64,000 nucleotides of DNA from Sodaliphilus sp. (GTDB lineage: Bacteria; Bacteroidota; Bacteroidia; Bacteroidales; Muribaculaceae). The notes under the pieces were generated by a model. The model saw only the letters and a list, made by a program, of their open reading frames with translations, had not been told where the DNA came from and did no database searches. The stretch covers positions 10,533-74,532 of the forward strand of contig JBGUKK010000127.1 in assembly GCA_045114435.1 (NCBI GenBank), given 5' to 3'. Shown here piece after piece: positions 31,270 to 42,521 of the stretch. The translations under genes and the position numbers were made by a program. The first letter of the stretch is position 1. Each line of letters opens with the position of its first letter.

Positions 31270-31344
31270 TTTTCATGTTTTCAGTTGTCCGTTTTCAGTT
31301 GCTAGCGGCATCCGCATTGAACTGAAAACTGATAACTGAAAACT
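31270..31344. repeat. Heptamer-armed palindromic element with GCGGCATCCGCATTGAAC core
   Basis: TTTCAGT-type left arm, core 31305-31322, ACTGAAA-type right arm. Confidence 0.8.
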
Positions 31345-31352
31345 TCTCTATT

Positions 31353-32333
31353 TTGACTCGCGAGCCACTCATATCGGTCATTGTCCCCGTCTATAATGCC
31401 GGGGAGTATCTGGACCCATGCCTGGAGAGCATCGTGGCCCAGAGCTATCGTCATCTCGAGATCATCGTCGTGGACGATGGCAGCACCGACGGCAGCAGCG
31501 AGAAGTGCGACCACTGGGCCGAGCGCGACAAACGCATCCGCGTCATCCACCAGCCCAACGGCGGCCACTCGGCGGCCCGCAACACCGCGCTCGACTCCAT
31601 GACCGGCCAACTGGTCACGATGGTGGACAGCGATGATGTGCTTCACCCCGACTTCACGGCCACGCTGCTCGATGTCATGCAGCGCACCAGCTGTGATATC
31701 GCCGTGGGACGCTATGTCCCCTTTGACAGCGTGCAGCCTCTTTTCCCGGCCGATGATGCGAATGCCCCACTGCGGCAATATAACCAGCATGAAGCCATGC
31801 TGGCGGTCTTCTATCAGCAAGGATTGGACCATTCTCCCTGGGGTCGGATTTTCAAGGCGTCGCTCTTTGAGCAAGTGCGGTTCCCCATGGGCATCATCTA
31901 CGAGGACCTGGCCATCATCTACCCGTTGCTCAAGCAGTGCACAAGTGTCGCTGTCATCGACCGCGTCTTGTACGGCTACCGCCAGCACGACGACAGCAGC
32001 ATGAGGGTGTTCTCGCCGCGACGTGCAGCGGTGCTCGACGTGTGTGAACAACTGGAAAAGACGATGCAGGACAGCAATCAACAATACCTGAAGGCCGTGC
32101 GTAGCCGAGCCCTGAGCGCCTACTTCAACATCCTGCTGCTCAGCAGGCAAGATGTCAAGGACGACCACAAGAGGCTGCAAGAGCGATGCTGGGCCGGCAT
32201 CAAGCGCCTGAGGCGCGATTGCCTCGTGGACCCCCACGTGCGCAAGAAGAACAAACTGGGCATCCTGGCATCCTACCTGGGGCGCTGGTTCCTGTGCTCG
32301 GTCATCGGACGCAACTACAGGCCAAAGCCTTGA
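31353..32333 (+). CDS. GT2 glycosyltransferase
   Basis: SVIVPVYN, VVDDGSTD, GHSAARN, VDSDD, YED; TTG start. Confidence 0.9.
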   Translation: MTREPLISVIVPVYNAGEYLDPCLESIVAQSYRHLEIIVVDDGSTDGSSEKCDHWAERDKRIRVIHQPNGGHSAARNTALDSMTGQLVTMVDSDDVLHPDFTATLLDVMQRTSCDIAVGRYVPFDSVQPLFPADDANAPLRQYNQHEAMLAVFYQQGLDHSPWGRIFKASLFEQVRFPMGIIYEDLAIIYPLLKQCTSVAVIDRVLYGYRQHDDSSMRVFSPRRAAVLDVCEQLEKTMQDSNQQYLKAVRSRALSAYFNILLLSRQDVKDDHKRLQERCWAGIKRLRRDCLVDPHVRKKNKLGILASYLGRWFLCSVIGRNYRPKP

Positions 32334-32660
32334 GAACACGCTACTGCACCCCTTTTCATTATCATTTCACACTTCCAGGGGTGCTCAATCTTAACGACAT
32401 TCACCGTTCACTGAACGATTCATCGGGTTTGCAGATTTTATTTTGAAAACTGCAAATCATTGCTTTTATTTGCAATGTCGAACTACAACAGAGTAAAACC
32501 TTTGAATATAAGATTAATTGTTTTAATGCTTTAATGCTTTTTTTCATTGATAAATACCATGTTCATTGGGTTTAGTTAAACGTTTTTTAGGCTTCATAAA
32601 ACTATAGTGGAAAGACAAGAAGTGATTCTCGTCTTTCTTTGTTTTGTGTGCTCATGCCCT

Positions 32661-34136
32661 TCAAGAAAGCAATATGTTGATGAGCACCATCACATCCGAG
32701 ATTGTTGCATCTCCATCTTGATTGACGTCAGAAGAATAGGCATTGGGCTCATCATCATTCAATATTAAGTTGATGAGCACTATAGCATCAGAAATATCCA
32801 CCACACCGTCAACATTCACGTCACCTATCGGGTTCATCGCATTGATGCTGTTATCCAACCATGTCTGACGGTTATTAATCCAATAGTTAGTGCCGGCCAC
32901 ACAAGTATTGACAGGGACGAGCCTACCGTAAACCAGATTATCAAGATTTAAGCTGTTGTTCAGGGCAACACCTTCTGGCGATGTGCGGAATGCGGTCATA
33001 TAGCCGCAGACATCCCTCGACAGCCTGTCCTTCACCTTGCGCCACAGGGCCGCATATTCACTGACAAAGGTGCGGTTGCTGTTATTGAACAACACCGTCA
33101 TGTGATCGATATGACTAGCAGACCATGCCGACGTTGTGCGCTCTGCCATGTCAAAATCCCACGCCAGGGGCATCACGATGCGAGAAGCATCGGTCGTGTC
33201 ATACTTGATATAGAAACGGTTGCCACCACCGGCGTCATTGGTACCCATGATATCATGCACAAGACACCATCCCGCAAAAGATTTGACATCAATCAGGTCA
33301 GGGTAATCAGTGGTGGACAAACTGCGTTCATAACGCGTCACCAAGTCTTGCATATAGGTCAATTTCTCCTCTGTCAAGTCTTCCTCGTCGGGATACTTGA
33401 AGGTGAAATTATACTTGGGAGCAGTAGATGAGGTGACATACACGTTCTCGTTCCACCAATAGGGATCACACTCAAAGATGAATCCCGTCTGCTTGTCAAC
33501 ATTCAACCGGCAATCCGGGTTGCGCTTAATGGCTTCACACAGCAGATATGTGCCACGATAACGGCCATTCATCACCAAGTTCACGAAATGATGGCGCGGC
33601 GTCCATGACATGCCCACGACCTCGTTAACTCTTAAGCCGGCAATGGTGGACAGGAAGTCATCCCTAAGCAGCAGCCACTCCTTGTCTTTATATACCGAGT
33701 CCACGCCACGGAACAGCAAGTCATGTTTTTTCTGCAGCTTGATTTTATAGGGTTTCTTGACATCATAGGCCGTCTTATTGCCTCGCAACTTGATGGTCAT
33801 TCCGCTGACGTTTTTCTCATAGTCACCGCTGTCATACAGCACACTATCAAGCTCATCGACACGAAAATATATCATTAAGCGGCCTGGAACCTTCGTCGCG
33901 TTAGCGATACTGGCACTCATGCATCCTGGAGGCGCCGACACGTAATCACACGTGGGCTCTTCACTGTTCACCGTCTCCACATACAACACAGGCAAACCGT
34001 AACTGATGATTTCAGACAACGACATCTGCTTGGTTTCGTTAATAGTAATCATCGTCGTTGACGTGTCGGCATGGGACACCTGGCCCAAAATCAACATCAA
34101 AGTCAGAAATAATGTCGTTCTACTCATCCTATTCAA
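32661..34136 (-). CDS. CotH kinase family protein with C-terminal dockerin (second paralog)
   Basis: IKLRGN..KKPYKIKL, VMNGRYRGTYLLCE, LAWDFD; GDVNVDGVVDISD...SDVNQDGDATISD; visibly more AT-rich than flanking genes. Confidence 0.85.
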   Translation of the reverse strand: MNRMSRTTLFLTLMLILGQVSHADTSTTMITINETKQMSLSEIISYGLPVLYVETVNSEEPTCDYVSAPPGCMSASIANATKVPGRLMIYFRVDELDSVLYDSGDYEKNVSGMTIKLRGNKTAYDVKKPYKIKLQKKHDLLFRGVDSVYKDKEWLLLRDDFLSTIAGLRVNEVVGMSWTPRHHFVNLVMNGRYRGTYLLCEAIKRNPDCRLNVDKQTGFIFECDPYWWNENVYVTSSTAPKYNFTFKYPDEEDLTEEKLTYMQDLVTRYERSLSTTDYPDLIDVKSFAGWCLVHDIMGTNDAGGGNRFYIKYDTTDASRIVMPLAWDFDMAERTTSAWSASHIDHMTVLFNNSNRTFVSEYAALWRKVKDRLSRDVCGYMTAFRTSPEGVALNNSLNLDNLVYGRLVPVNTCVAGTNYWINNRQTWLDNSINAMNPIGDVNVDGVVDISDAIVLINLILNDDEPNAYSSDVNQDGDATISDVMVLINILLS

Positions 34137-34154
34137 TATTTTAAGTGATCTATT

Positions 34155-35366
34155 CTACCGGAGCATGTCGGCGACACGGCGCGTGGCGGCGACAAAACGG
34201 TCCACCTCATCGAGCGTGTTGTAGACGGCAAATGACGCCCTCACCATACCCGTCACACCATATCGTTCCATCAGCGGCTGGGCGCAGTGGTGCCCGGTGC
34301 GCACGGCAACTCCCAGCTTATCGAGCAACAGCCCCATGTCGTAGCTGCTGATGTCACCCACGAGGAAGGAGACGACACTGCTCTTGCCGGGCGCCGTACC
34401 GAACAGGCGGATGCCATCTATCGTCTTCAGGCCATCGACGGCGGCGGTCAGCAACTCATGCTCATGGGCAGCAATGGCGTCAAGGCCCAGGTTGTTGATG
34501 TAATCAATCGCGGTGCCAAAGGCGGCAATATCCACAAAGTCGGGCGTGCCGGCCTCGAACTTGAACGGCAGTGCGGCAAAAGTGGTGCGCTCAAACGACA
34601 CCTGGCCAATCATCTCTCCCCCACCCTGATAAGGCGGCATCTTCTCCAGCCAATAGCGCTTGCCGTAGAGGATGCCCACGCCGGCGGGGCCATACATCTT
34701 GTGGCTCGAGAAGGCATAGAAATCGCAGTCCAAATCCTGCACATCCACCTTGACGTGGGGTGCAGCCTGAGCTCCGTCGATGAGCACGGGCACACCGTTG
34801 CGGTGGGCAATGGCAATCATTTCCTTGACGGGATTGACAGTTCCCAGCACATTAGACACGTGGGCGATGGCGACAAAACGGGTGTTGTCGCTGAACAGGT
34901 CCTGATAGGCCTCCATGTCCACCTGACCGCTGTCGTCGATGGGAACGACACGCAGGGTGACACGCTTGCGCTGACCGATGAGTTGCCAGGGCACGATGTT
35001 GCTGTGATGCTCCATCACAGTGACAATGATCTCGTCGCCATTCTCAAGCATCTGGCCGAAGGACGAGGCCACAAGGTTGATACCCTCGGTCGTGCCACGG
35101 GTGAAAATCACCTCCTCGGTGCTCACAGCGTTGATGAAGGCACGTGCCTTCTCGCGCGTGAGTTCCACCAGGTCGGTAGCCTCCTGTGACAGGGTGTGTA
35201 CACCACGGTGCACGTTGGCCTTGTAGTGGTAGTACATCCGGTTAATGGCCTCCACCACGGGACGCGGTGTCTGGGATGTGGCGGCATTATCCAGATAGAC
35301 CAGCGGACGGCCCTCAATCTGCCGTTGCAGGATGGGATAATCCTCACGTATCTTGTTGATGTCCAT
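34155..35366 (-). CDS. sufS: Cysteine desulfurase SufS
   Basis: YLDNAAT, NVHRG, SSHKMYGP, RTGHHCA. Confidence 0.96.
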   Translation of the reverse strand: MDINKIREDYPILQRQIEGRPLVYLDNAATSQTPRPVVEAINRMYYHYKANVHRGVHTLSQEATDLVELTREKARAFINAVSTEEVIFTRGTTEGINLVASSFGQMLENGDEIIVTVMEHHSNIVPWQLIGQRKRVTLRVVPIDDSGQVDMEAYQDLFSDNTRFVAIAHVSNVLGTVNPVKEMIAIAHRNGVPVLIDGAQAAPHVKVDVQDLDCDFYAFSSHKMYGPAGVGILYGKRYWLEKMPPYQGGGEMIGQVSFERTTFAALPFKFEAGTPDFVDIAAFGTAIDYINNLGLDAIAAHEHELLTAAVDGLKTIDGIRLFGTAPGKSSVVSFLVGDISSYDMGLLLDKLGVAVRTGHHCAQPLMERYGVTGMVRASFAVYNTLDEVDRFVAATRRVADMLR

Positions 35367-35383
35367 TTGTTTTTGAGTTTATA

Positions 35384-35416
35384 GTTTGATGGGGATGCCG
35401 CTGCTAACTGAAAACT
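35384..35416. repeat. Degenerate copy of the heptamer-armed element between sufD and sufS
   Basis: GTTTGATGGGGATGCCGC core followed by TAACTGAAAACT. Confidence 0.6.
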
Positions 35417-35419
35417 TCT

Positions 35420-36769
35420 CTAGTTTTTCTTGCATGCGGCCATGCAGCTGGCGCAATTGCTCAACGTGCCGGCAAATCGTTTCTCGACGAGGTAGTGCAA
35501 GCGCTCCTTGAGCGCATCGAGACGCACACCATCGATGACATCGGCGACAAAGGCTTGCATCAACAGGCGACGGGCCTCGTCGATGCCGATACCGCGCGTG
35601 CGCATGTAGAACAACGCTTCCTCGTCAAGCTGTCCCACAGCCGAACCGTGAGAACACATCACGTCGTCGGTGTAAATCTCGAGTTGGGGCTTGGTGTACA
35701 TCTTGGCGGTGGGGGCGCCGCACAGGTTGCGGTTGCCCTGATAGGCCTCGACGCGTGGGCAGTCGGGCTTCACCAGGATTTTACCGGCAAAGGCGCCCAC
35801 GGCATTGTCGTTGAGCACATATTTAAACATCTCGTTGCTGTGGCAACGGGGGGCATTGTGACTGATCATGGTGTGGCTGTCCACATGCTGCTCACCGCTG
35901 GCGATGGTCATGCCCAGCAGGCGGGTCTCGGCATGCTCGCCGTTGACCTCGATGTGATAATTGTTACGGGTGAAGCCGTTGATGAGCGTGATGCCGTCGA
36001 TGAGCACATTGCTGCCCTCATGCTGGTCCACATAGATGGACGACACCCGGCTGGTCTTGGGGGTGCTCTCTTCCAGGTCATAATAGTCCACCGTGCTGCC
36101 CGGCATGGCGACAATCTCTACCACCTGATTGTTCAGGTATCGGTAGTCGGGACTCTGGGAGTGGTCACACATGAGCAGACGGACGCTCGCATTCTTGCCC
36201 ACGATGATGAGCAGGCGACGCTGCACCATCATGTCGAGGGCGGCATTGAAGATGTTGACCAGCTGGATGGGGCGCTCGGCAACGACACCATCGGGCACAT
36301 AGATGAACAGGCCATCCTGCACCAGCAGGCTGTTGAGCGCCACAACGGGATCATCGAGATGAGCCAGCTTGCCATAATAGGCGGTCATCAGTTCGGGATA
36401 ATCGACAGCTGCCATGCTGAACGGTTCCACGACCACCTTGCCGATGTTGCGCTCGGCTGTGGCACTGCTGTGAAACGCATCGTTGCTGGTATAGTACAGG
36501 CACGTGCTCATATTGGGCACGTCGCAATGGAAGGTCTCACTCGGATCGGCCTCAAAGGGCAGGCGATTGACATTCACACCATAGTCATGCGAGAACACGG
36601 CCTCGAGGTCGGTTGCCTCATAGTCCTCGCTCCCCTTGCGGGGCAGGCGCGCGGTCTCCAGTTTTTCTCGCGCTTGCTCTCGCAGCGTGTTCAACAAGGC
36701 TGGAGACTGCTGCTCGATGAGGGTGCGGCTCTCATCATACAGGTCTATATATTGCTTCAGCGCATTCAT
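35420..36769 (-). CDS. sufD: Fe-S cluster assembly protein SufD
   Basis: AFAGKILV, TKPQLEIYTDDVMCSHGSAVGQLDEEALFYMRTRGI. Confidence 0.95.
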   Translation of the reverse strand: MNALKQYIDLYDESRTLIEQQSPALLNTLREQAREKLETARLPRKGSEDYEATDLEAVFSHDYGVNVNRLPFEADPSETFHCDVPNMSTCLYYTSNDAFHSSATAERNIGKVVVEPFSMAAVDYPELMTAYYGKLAHLDDPVVALNSLLVQDGLFIYVPDGVVAERPIQLVNIFNAALDMMVQRRLLIIVGKNASVRLLMCDHSQSPDYRYLNNQVVEIVAMPGSTVDYYDLEESTPKTSRVSSIYVDQHEGSNVLIDGITLINGFTRNNYHIEVNGEHAETRLLGMTIASGEQHVDSHTMISHNAPRCHSNEMFKYVLNDNAVGAFAGKILVKPDCPRVEAYQGNRNLCGAPTAKMYTKPQLEIYTDDVMCSHGSAVGQLDEEALFYMRTRGIGIDEARRLLMQAFVADVIDGVRLDALKERLHYLVEKRFAGTLSNCASCMAACKKN

Positions 36770-36775
36770 TTCTCC

Positions 36776-37534
<759 letters not shown>

Positions 37535-37613
37535 CTTATTGGTTGTTTTGTTATTATTCTGCTTTTCTTGAGACTCTAAATCAAGATGATTTAAACCTAT
37601 TCTGTAGCGATTT

Positions 37614-39077
37614 TTATCCCACGCTACCCTCGAGGGAGATGCTGAGGAGTTTCTGGGCCTCGACGGCAAACTCCATCGGCAACTTGGCCATCACCTCCTT
37701 GGCATAGCCGTTGACGATGAGGCCCACGGCATCCTCTGTCGGGATGCCGCGCTGGTTGCAGTAGAAGATCTGATCCTCATTGATCTTGCTCGTCGTTGCC
37801 TCGTGCTCGACCACCGACGTGTCGTTTCCCACCTCGATGACGGGGAAGGTGTGGGCACCGCTGGTGTCGCTCAGCAACAGGCTGTCACACTGGGTGAAGT
37901 TGCGGCATCCAGTTGCCTTGGGAGCAATCTTGACCATGCCGCGGTAGCTGTTCTGGCTGTGACCGGCACTGATGCCCTTGCTCACGATGGTGCTCGTGCT
38001 GTGCTTGCCCAGATGAATCATCTTGGTGCCCGTGTCGGCCTCCTGCCAATTGTTGGTCAGGGCCACACTGTAGAACTCACCCACCGAGTGGTCCCCCTTG
38101 AGCACACAGCTCGGATATTTCCACGTGATGGCACTGCCGGTCTCGACCTGGGTCCACGACAGCTTGCTGTGGTCGCCACGGCACAGGCCTCGCTTGGTCA
38201 CCAGGTTGTAGATGCCACCCTTGCCGTCCTTGTCGCCAGGGTACCAGTTCTGCACGGTGCTGTACTTGACCTCGGCACGGTCCTCGACGATAATTTCGAC
38301 GATGGCTGCGTGCAACTGGTTCTCGTCGCGCATGGGAGCGGTGCAACCCTCGAGATAGGAGACGTAGGCATCATCATCGGCCACGATGAGCGTGCGTTCA
38401 AACTGTCCCGTCTGGGCAGCGTTGATGCGGAAGTAGGTGGACAGTTCCATCGGGCACCTCACGCCCTTGGGGATATAGACGAAGGAGCCGTCGCTGAACA
38501 CCGCCGAATTCAAGGCGGCATAGAAGTTGTCGGTATAAGGCACGACCTTGCCCAGATACTTACGCACCAGGTCGGGGTAGTCCTTCACGGCCTCGCTGAT
38601 GGAGCAGAAGATGACACCCAGCTCGGCCAGACGCTCACGGTAGGTCGTCTTCACGCTCACGCTGTCCATCACGGCATCAACGGCCATGCCACTCAGGCGC
38701 ATCTGCTCTTCCAGGGGGATACCCAGCTTGTCGAAGGTCTTCTTCAACTCGGGGTCAATCTCCTTGGGACCCTCGCCGGGCTTCTTCTGGCGCGGCGCGG
38801 CATAGTAGCTGATGTCCTGATAGTCGATTTCGGGCACATGCACGTGGCCCCACTGCGGAGCCTTCAAGGTCAGCCAGTGGCGGTAAGCCTTCAGGCGGAA
38901 CTCCAGCAGCCACTCGGGCTCGCCCTTCAGGGCGGAGATGCGGCGCACCACATCCTCGTCAAGCCCCTTGGGGATGACCTCGGTCTCGATGTCGGTCACA
39001 AAGCCATACTTGTACTCGGCCTGCGCCGCTTCCTCTATGATTTGATTCCCTTTTTCAGGTTTTTCGTTCTCTTTCAT
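37614..39077 (-). CDS. sufB: Fe-S cluster assembly protein SufB
   Basis: [44 protein letters not shown]; -7 element at 39112-39119. Confidence 0.97.
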   Translation of the reverse strand: MKENEKPEKGNQIIEEAAQAEYKYGFVTDIETEVIPKGLDEDVVRRISALKGEPEWLLEFRLKAYRHWLTLKAPQWGHVHVPEIDYQDISYYAAPRQKKPGEGPKEIDPELKKTFDKLGIPLEEQMRLSGMAVDAVMDSVSVKTTYRERLAELGVIFCSISEAVKDYPDLVRKYLGKVVPYTDNFYAALNSAVFSDGSFVYIPKGVRCPMELSTYFRINAAQTGQFERTLIVADDDAYVSYLEGCTAPMRDENQLHAAIVEIIVEDRAEVKYSTVQNWYPGDKDGKGGIYNLVTKRGLCRGDHSKLSWTQVETGSAITWKYPSCVLKGDHSVGEFYSVALTNNWQEADTGTKMIHLGKHSTSTIVSKGISAGHSQNSYRGMVKIAPKATGCRNFTQCDSLLLSDTSGAHTFPVIEVGNDTSVVEHEATTSKINEDQIFYCNQRGIPTEDAVGLIVNGYAKEVMAKLPMEFAVEAQKLLSISLEGSVG

Positions 39078-39336
39078 CGGTCAAAAATATACCTCTTTCT
39101 AAAAAGCGGTGCAAAGGTACTGCTTTTTTTTCACTTCTCACTAGAAAACCCACAAGTATTGATTCATCAAAAACCCCGAAAGCAAAAAAGCCGCTAAACT
39201 ATTGTCTTTCTCTTATTTTTGGCATATCTTTGTCTCGTCTATCGATAATTTGTTTACTTTGATTTTTGCACCGCAGGAGTAAGCAAATTCACGTTATGGC
39301 CATTGTTCAACCCCAGCGGTGCATCTTACACTCATT

Positions 39337-39840
39337 ATGAAAAAGATTTTATTCTTTGTTCTTGTTCTTATGGTATCCTTTGCTGCCAATGCGCAAAATC
39401 CAACAAGGACAAAAGCCTCCAAGACACAGACTACAACCAAGACACAGACCACATCTAAAACTAAGGCCACACCCAAGGTCCAGTTAACTAAAGGCCAGTA
39501 TCTGGCTTGCACTCAAGATGGTGTCGCTCTGCGGACAAGCCCTTCAGACAGTTCACCGAAGATTAAACAATACGGTCTGACAGTCGTATTATTGGGACCT
39601 GGAAACGTGGAATTATCTTATGATGAATATTTCTTCATGGATTTGGGCTTTAAATATCTTGGAAAAAAAGAGAATGGCTATCTGTATGTTGAAGCCATCC
39701 ATGATGGTGATATTTTTGACAATGTGGTCATCAAAGGCTGGGTTCCGGAGAAGTATGTAAAAGCCGCATGTAAAAAATGTAATGGATTAGGGAATGTTGA
39801 TTATGAAATGTGCACTTCTTGTAAAGGCCGTGGCTACTAA
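39337..39840 (+). CDS. Secreted hypothetical protein with SH3b-like domain and C-terminal CxxCxGxG zinc finger
   Basis: Signal peptide, Thr/Lys linker, VALRTSPS...GWVPEKYV, CKKCNGLG...CTSCKGRG; AT-rich. Confidence 0.65.
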   Translation: MKKILFFVLVLMVSFAANAQNPTRTKASKTQTTTKTQTTSKTKATPKVQLTKGQYLACTQDGVALRTSPSDSSPKIKQYGLTVVLLGPGNVELSYDEYFFMDLGFKYLGKKENGYLYVEAIHDGDIFDNVVIKGWVPEKYVKAACKKCNGLGNVDYEMCTSCKGRGY

Positions 39841-39882
39841 ACAGCTGTAGTTATTCAAGCTGCACACCATGCTTCACAATAT

Positions 39883-39918
39883 AAAAGGCGAGAAGAGATT
39901 TCTTCCCGCCTTTTCTTT
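39883..39918. terminator. Bidirectional terminator-like hairpin
   Basis: AAAAGGCG / CGCCTTTT arms between convergent genes. Confidence 0.65.
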
Positions 39919-39955
39919 ACCCACTGAATGCCACACAATTGTGGCAAATTGGCCG

Positions 39956-42412
39956 TTACTTGCTCAGGATGATGTCGATGAGGGCGTTGACGTCGGCAAT
40001 GTTGACCTCGCAGTCGCCATTCACGTCACAGTTACCGGTATTGCCCCCGTCCGTGAGAATGTGGTCAATGAGGGCGTTGACATCAGCGATGTTGACCTCG
40101 CCATCGGTGTTCACGTCACCCGTAACAAAGGGCTGCGGCTCAACAAAACCCGGATAGTGGCAATAAAAGGATTTCAAGGCCAGCGTGTGGTCGCCGGCCT
40201 CACCGCTCTTGTCAAGGGTGAACTTGATGCTCTTGATAGTGATGGGATAGGTGCCCACCTGGTCGGCGCCGCCCAGGGCATTGATGTCAAGCAAGATGGT
40301 GTGATCCTGCCCGGCGGCGAAGGCATCGCCCTCCACGGGGTCAATCCTGAGGAAATGGGAAGTCGTGTAATAACGGTTGCGGGCATCTATCTGGACATAG
40401 TCGATGGGCATGGTGGAATTGAAGGTGAGGCCTACGGTATCTGGCAGGCTGTAGAGTGTCAGTTCCTTGCTCATCTGCAAGTAGGGGGCACGGTTGCTGC
40501 TGTAAGTGAACGTGATCTCGCCCGTCTGTTCATCAATGGCGATATTCTTGGCTCCAGCGCCCTTGAAGGTCCATCCGTCCCACGCTTGATACAGGTAGGG
40601 CGAGGGGCTGATTTCCACCGTCACCTGGTCGCTGTCGGTCAAGCTGCCGATGACACACCCGATGGCAGTCGAGCCATTGGCCACGCCCCGCAGCACGCCA
40701 CCGTCAATGGTGGCGACACTGGAGTCGTCGACACTCCACTCCAGCATGGAGGGGTCATAGAAGTAGGTAACGGCATTGACCACAGCCGACACCTCTATAG
40801 GATAGTCACGGCTGTCGATGAGTATGGGATGCAGGGTGATGGCCGGTTGCGCCTCGATGATGCGCACGGGCACCGTCGCTGTCATCTCGCCCAGGGTTGC
40901 CGTGAGAAGGCCTTCGGTCGCCATGCCAGCGGCCATGAAGGTGCTGCCGCTAGTCGTGCCCAATGTCTCGTCACAAGTCAGTGTCACACCCTGCACGTCC
41001 TCGTCGACCAATTCTCCAATCTTGTTGTAGCCCAGGATGCGCGGTGTCGCCGACGAATAGGATGGCATGTCGATGCGGAACTGGTCGAAGGCGATGCTCG
41101 CCACCTCGTTATCCTCCTCGCCGACGGCCTCCACCAGCCAGCCGCAGGCCACGGCACGCGGTGTCCCCTCGGTCGTGGTATTGATGATCTTGCCGTTGAG
41201 CATCATCTCGGCCGAGCCTCCGGCATCCATGTTGACAATCTCGGTCACGTCGGGGCACATCTGTTGCAGGATCTGGCAGGCCACCGCCGTGGGGCACCCT
41301 GCCGAGGCTCCATAGAGCGGACTTGTGGCCTTATCAATCACGAGCATATACAGGTGTTTGCCATCGGCGCTCGAGCCATAGCATGTGCGTGAATAAACCT
41401 GGCTGTTGTAGGTCTCGTCGTAGTTGCGGCCCAGCAGCTGGCCATTGTGCATGATGGGAGCGTTGCCCCACACCAGGTTCTCGATGTCGGGGCGGGTGTG
41501 CGGCATGTCGTCCTCGATGGTGGTCCAGCCCGATGTGATTTCCAGCACATCGCCCACGGCGAGAGCCGCCATCGCCTCCTTGTTAGCATCACCGGTGACG
41601 GTCAAGCAAGCGTCATAGTCGCCGAGCGTTTGGCGGTCGGCATCAGGGACGATGGCAGCGACGGTAAATGCCATGGGGGCATTGTTCTTCCATCCGCTGC
41701 CCTCGACAAAGGCAAGGTAATAATTGTCGGTGTGGTTGTTGCCGCGCTCATTGAAGCCGGTCCAGTCGTCCTCAAACTCACGAGTGCGCGTGTAGTTAGG
41801 TCCCCACAGGCAGATTTCGCCGGCCACCGCGCGGCGGTTGACATTATGATAGGACAGCGGCTGCGCCAGTTTATCGCTGGTGATGGTGCCGTCCCACATC
41901 AGTCGTCCCAGCACCAAGGTCTTGTCATGGGTGATAGCAGCAGCTGCCGAGCGCGTCGGGCCACCATTCCACCAGTCATTGGTCGTGTTATCGTTGACCA
42001 GCGTGGTGTCGTTACGCACCACACCGCCCAGCGGCGTGCCCAACTGGAAGGAGCTCCACGGTGCCCCGTTGCCCGAGACAACCCAGAAGTTGGCGTTGCA
42101 GCCTGCCACGGGACGCTTGGTAGACGTGCGGTTGCGGCTGTAGGCATGAGCCAGGGCCTCGGTGCGTCCCACCGTGTTGTAGCCGATGGTGGTCTCCACC
42201 CGATTGTTGGGATTGTTGAGATCCACCTCCATCACATAGACGTTGAGCGGATAATCGGGAATGCGCACGATGGTATTGACCATGCCAGGCCCGACCTGGC
42301 GGTGGACGAGCGTGTCGACGCGATAAGTCTCACCATCGATGACAAAGTGGGCGCGCGCCGGCATGGCAGCAAGTAGCACTAAGAACAGGGAAAACAGTAA
42401 TGATCGGTCCAT
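39956..42412 (-). CDS. Phosphodiester glycosidase (NAGPA-like) family protein with Ig-like domain and C-terminal dockerin
   Basis: Signal peptide; NANFW, YSRTCYG, VNMDAGGSAEM; two DVNxDxEVNIADVN segments at the end. Confidence 0.8.
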   Translation of the reverse strand: MDRSLLFSLFLVLLAAMPARAHFVIDGETYRVDTLVHRQVGPGMVNTIVRIPDYPLNVYVMEVDLNNPNNRVETTIGYNTVGRTEALAHAYSRNRTSTKRPVAGCNANFWVVSGNGAPWSSFQLGTPLGGVVRNDTTLVNDNTTNDWWNGGPTRSAAAAITHDKTLVLGRLMWDGTITSDKLAQPLSYHNVNRRAVAGEICLWGPNYTRTREFEDDWTGFNERGNNHTDNYYLAFVEGSGWKNNAPMAFTVAAIVPDADRQTLGDYDACLTVTGDANKEAMAALAVGDVLEITSGWTTIEDDMPHTRPDIENLVWGNAPIMHNGQLLGRNYDETYNSQVYSRTCYGSSADGKHLYMLVIDKATSPLYGASAGCPTAVACQILQQMCPDVTEIVNMDAGGSAEMMLNGKIINTTTEGTPRAVACGWLVEAVGEEDNEVASIAFDQFRIDMPSYSSATPRILGYNKIGELVDEDVQGVTLTCDETLGTTSGSTFMAAGMATEGLLTATLGEMTATVPVRIIEAQPAITLHPILIDSRDYPIEVSAVVNAVTYFYDPSMLEWSVDDSSVATIDGGVLRGVANGSTAIGCVIGSLTDSDQVTVEISPSPYLYQAWDGWTFKGAGAKNIAIDEQTGEITFTYSSNRAPYLQMSKELTLYSLPDTVGLTFNSTMPIDYVQIDARNRYYTTSHFLRIDPVEGDAFAAGQDHTILLDINALGGADQVGTYPITIKSIKFTLDKSGEAGDHTLALKSFYCHYPGFVEPQPFVTGDVNTDGEVNIADVNALIDHILTDGGNTGNCDVNGDCEVNIADVNALIDIILSK

Positions 42413-42521
42413 AGTCTCTTCTGTTTGTTATTTGACACGTTAATGACGCAAATTTACATAGAATTATTGGAATTCTATGCCCGCAGGATAAAGATTTTTT
42501 TTAAAAAGCCAGGGGGAAAAA

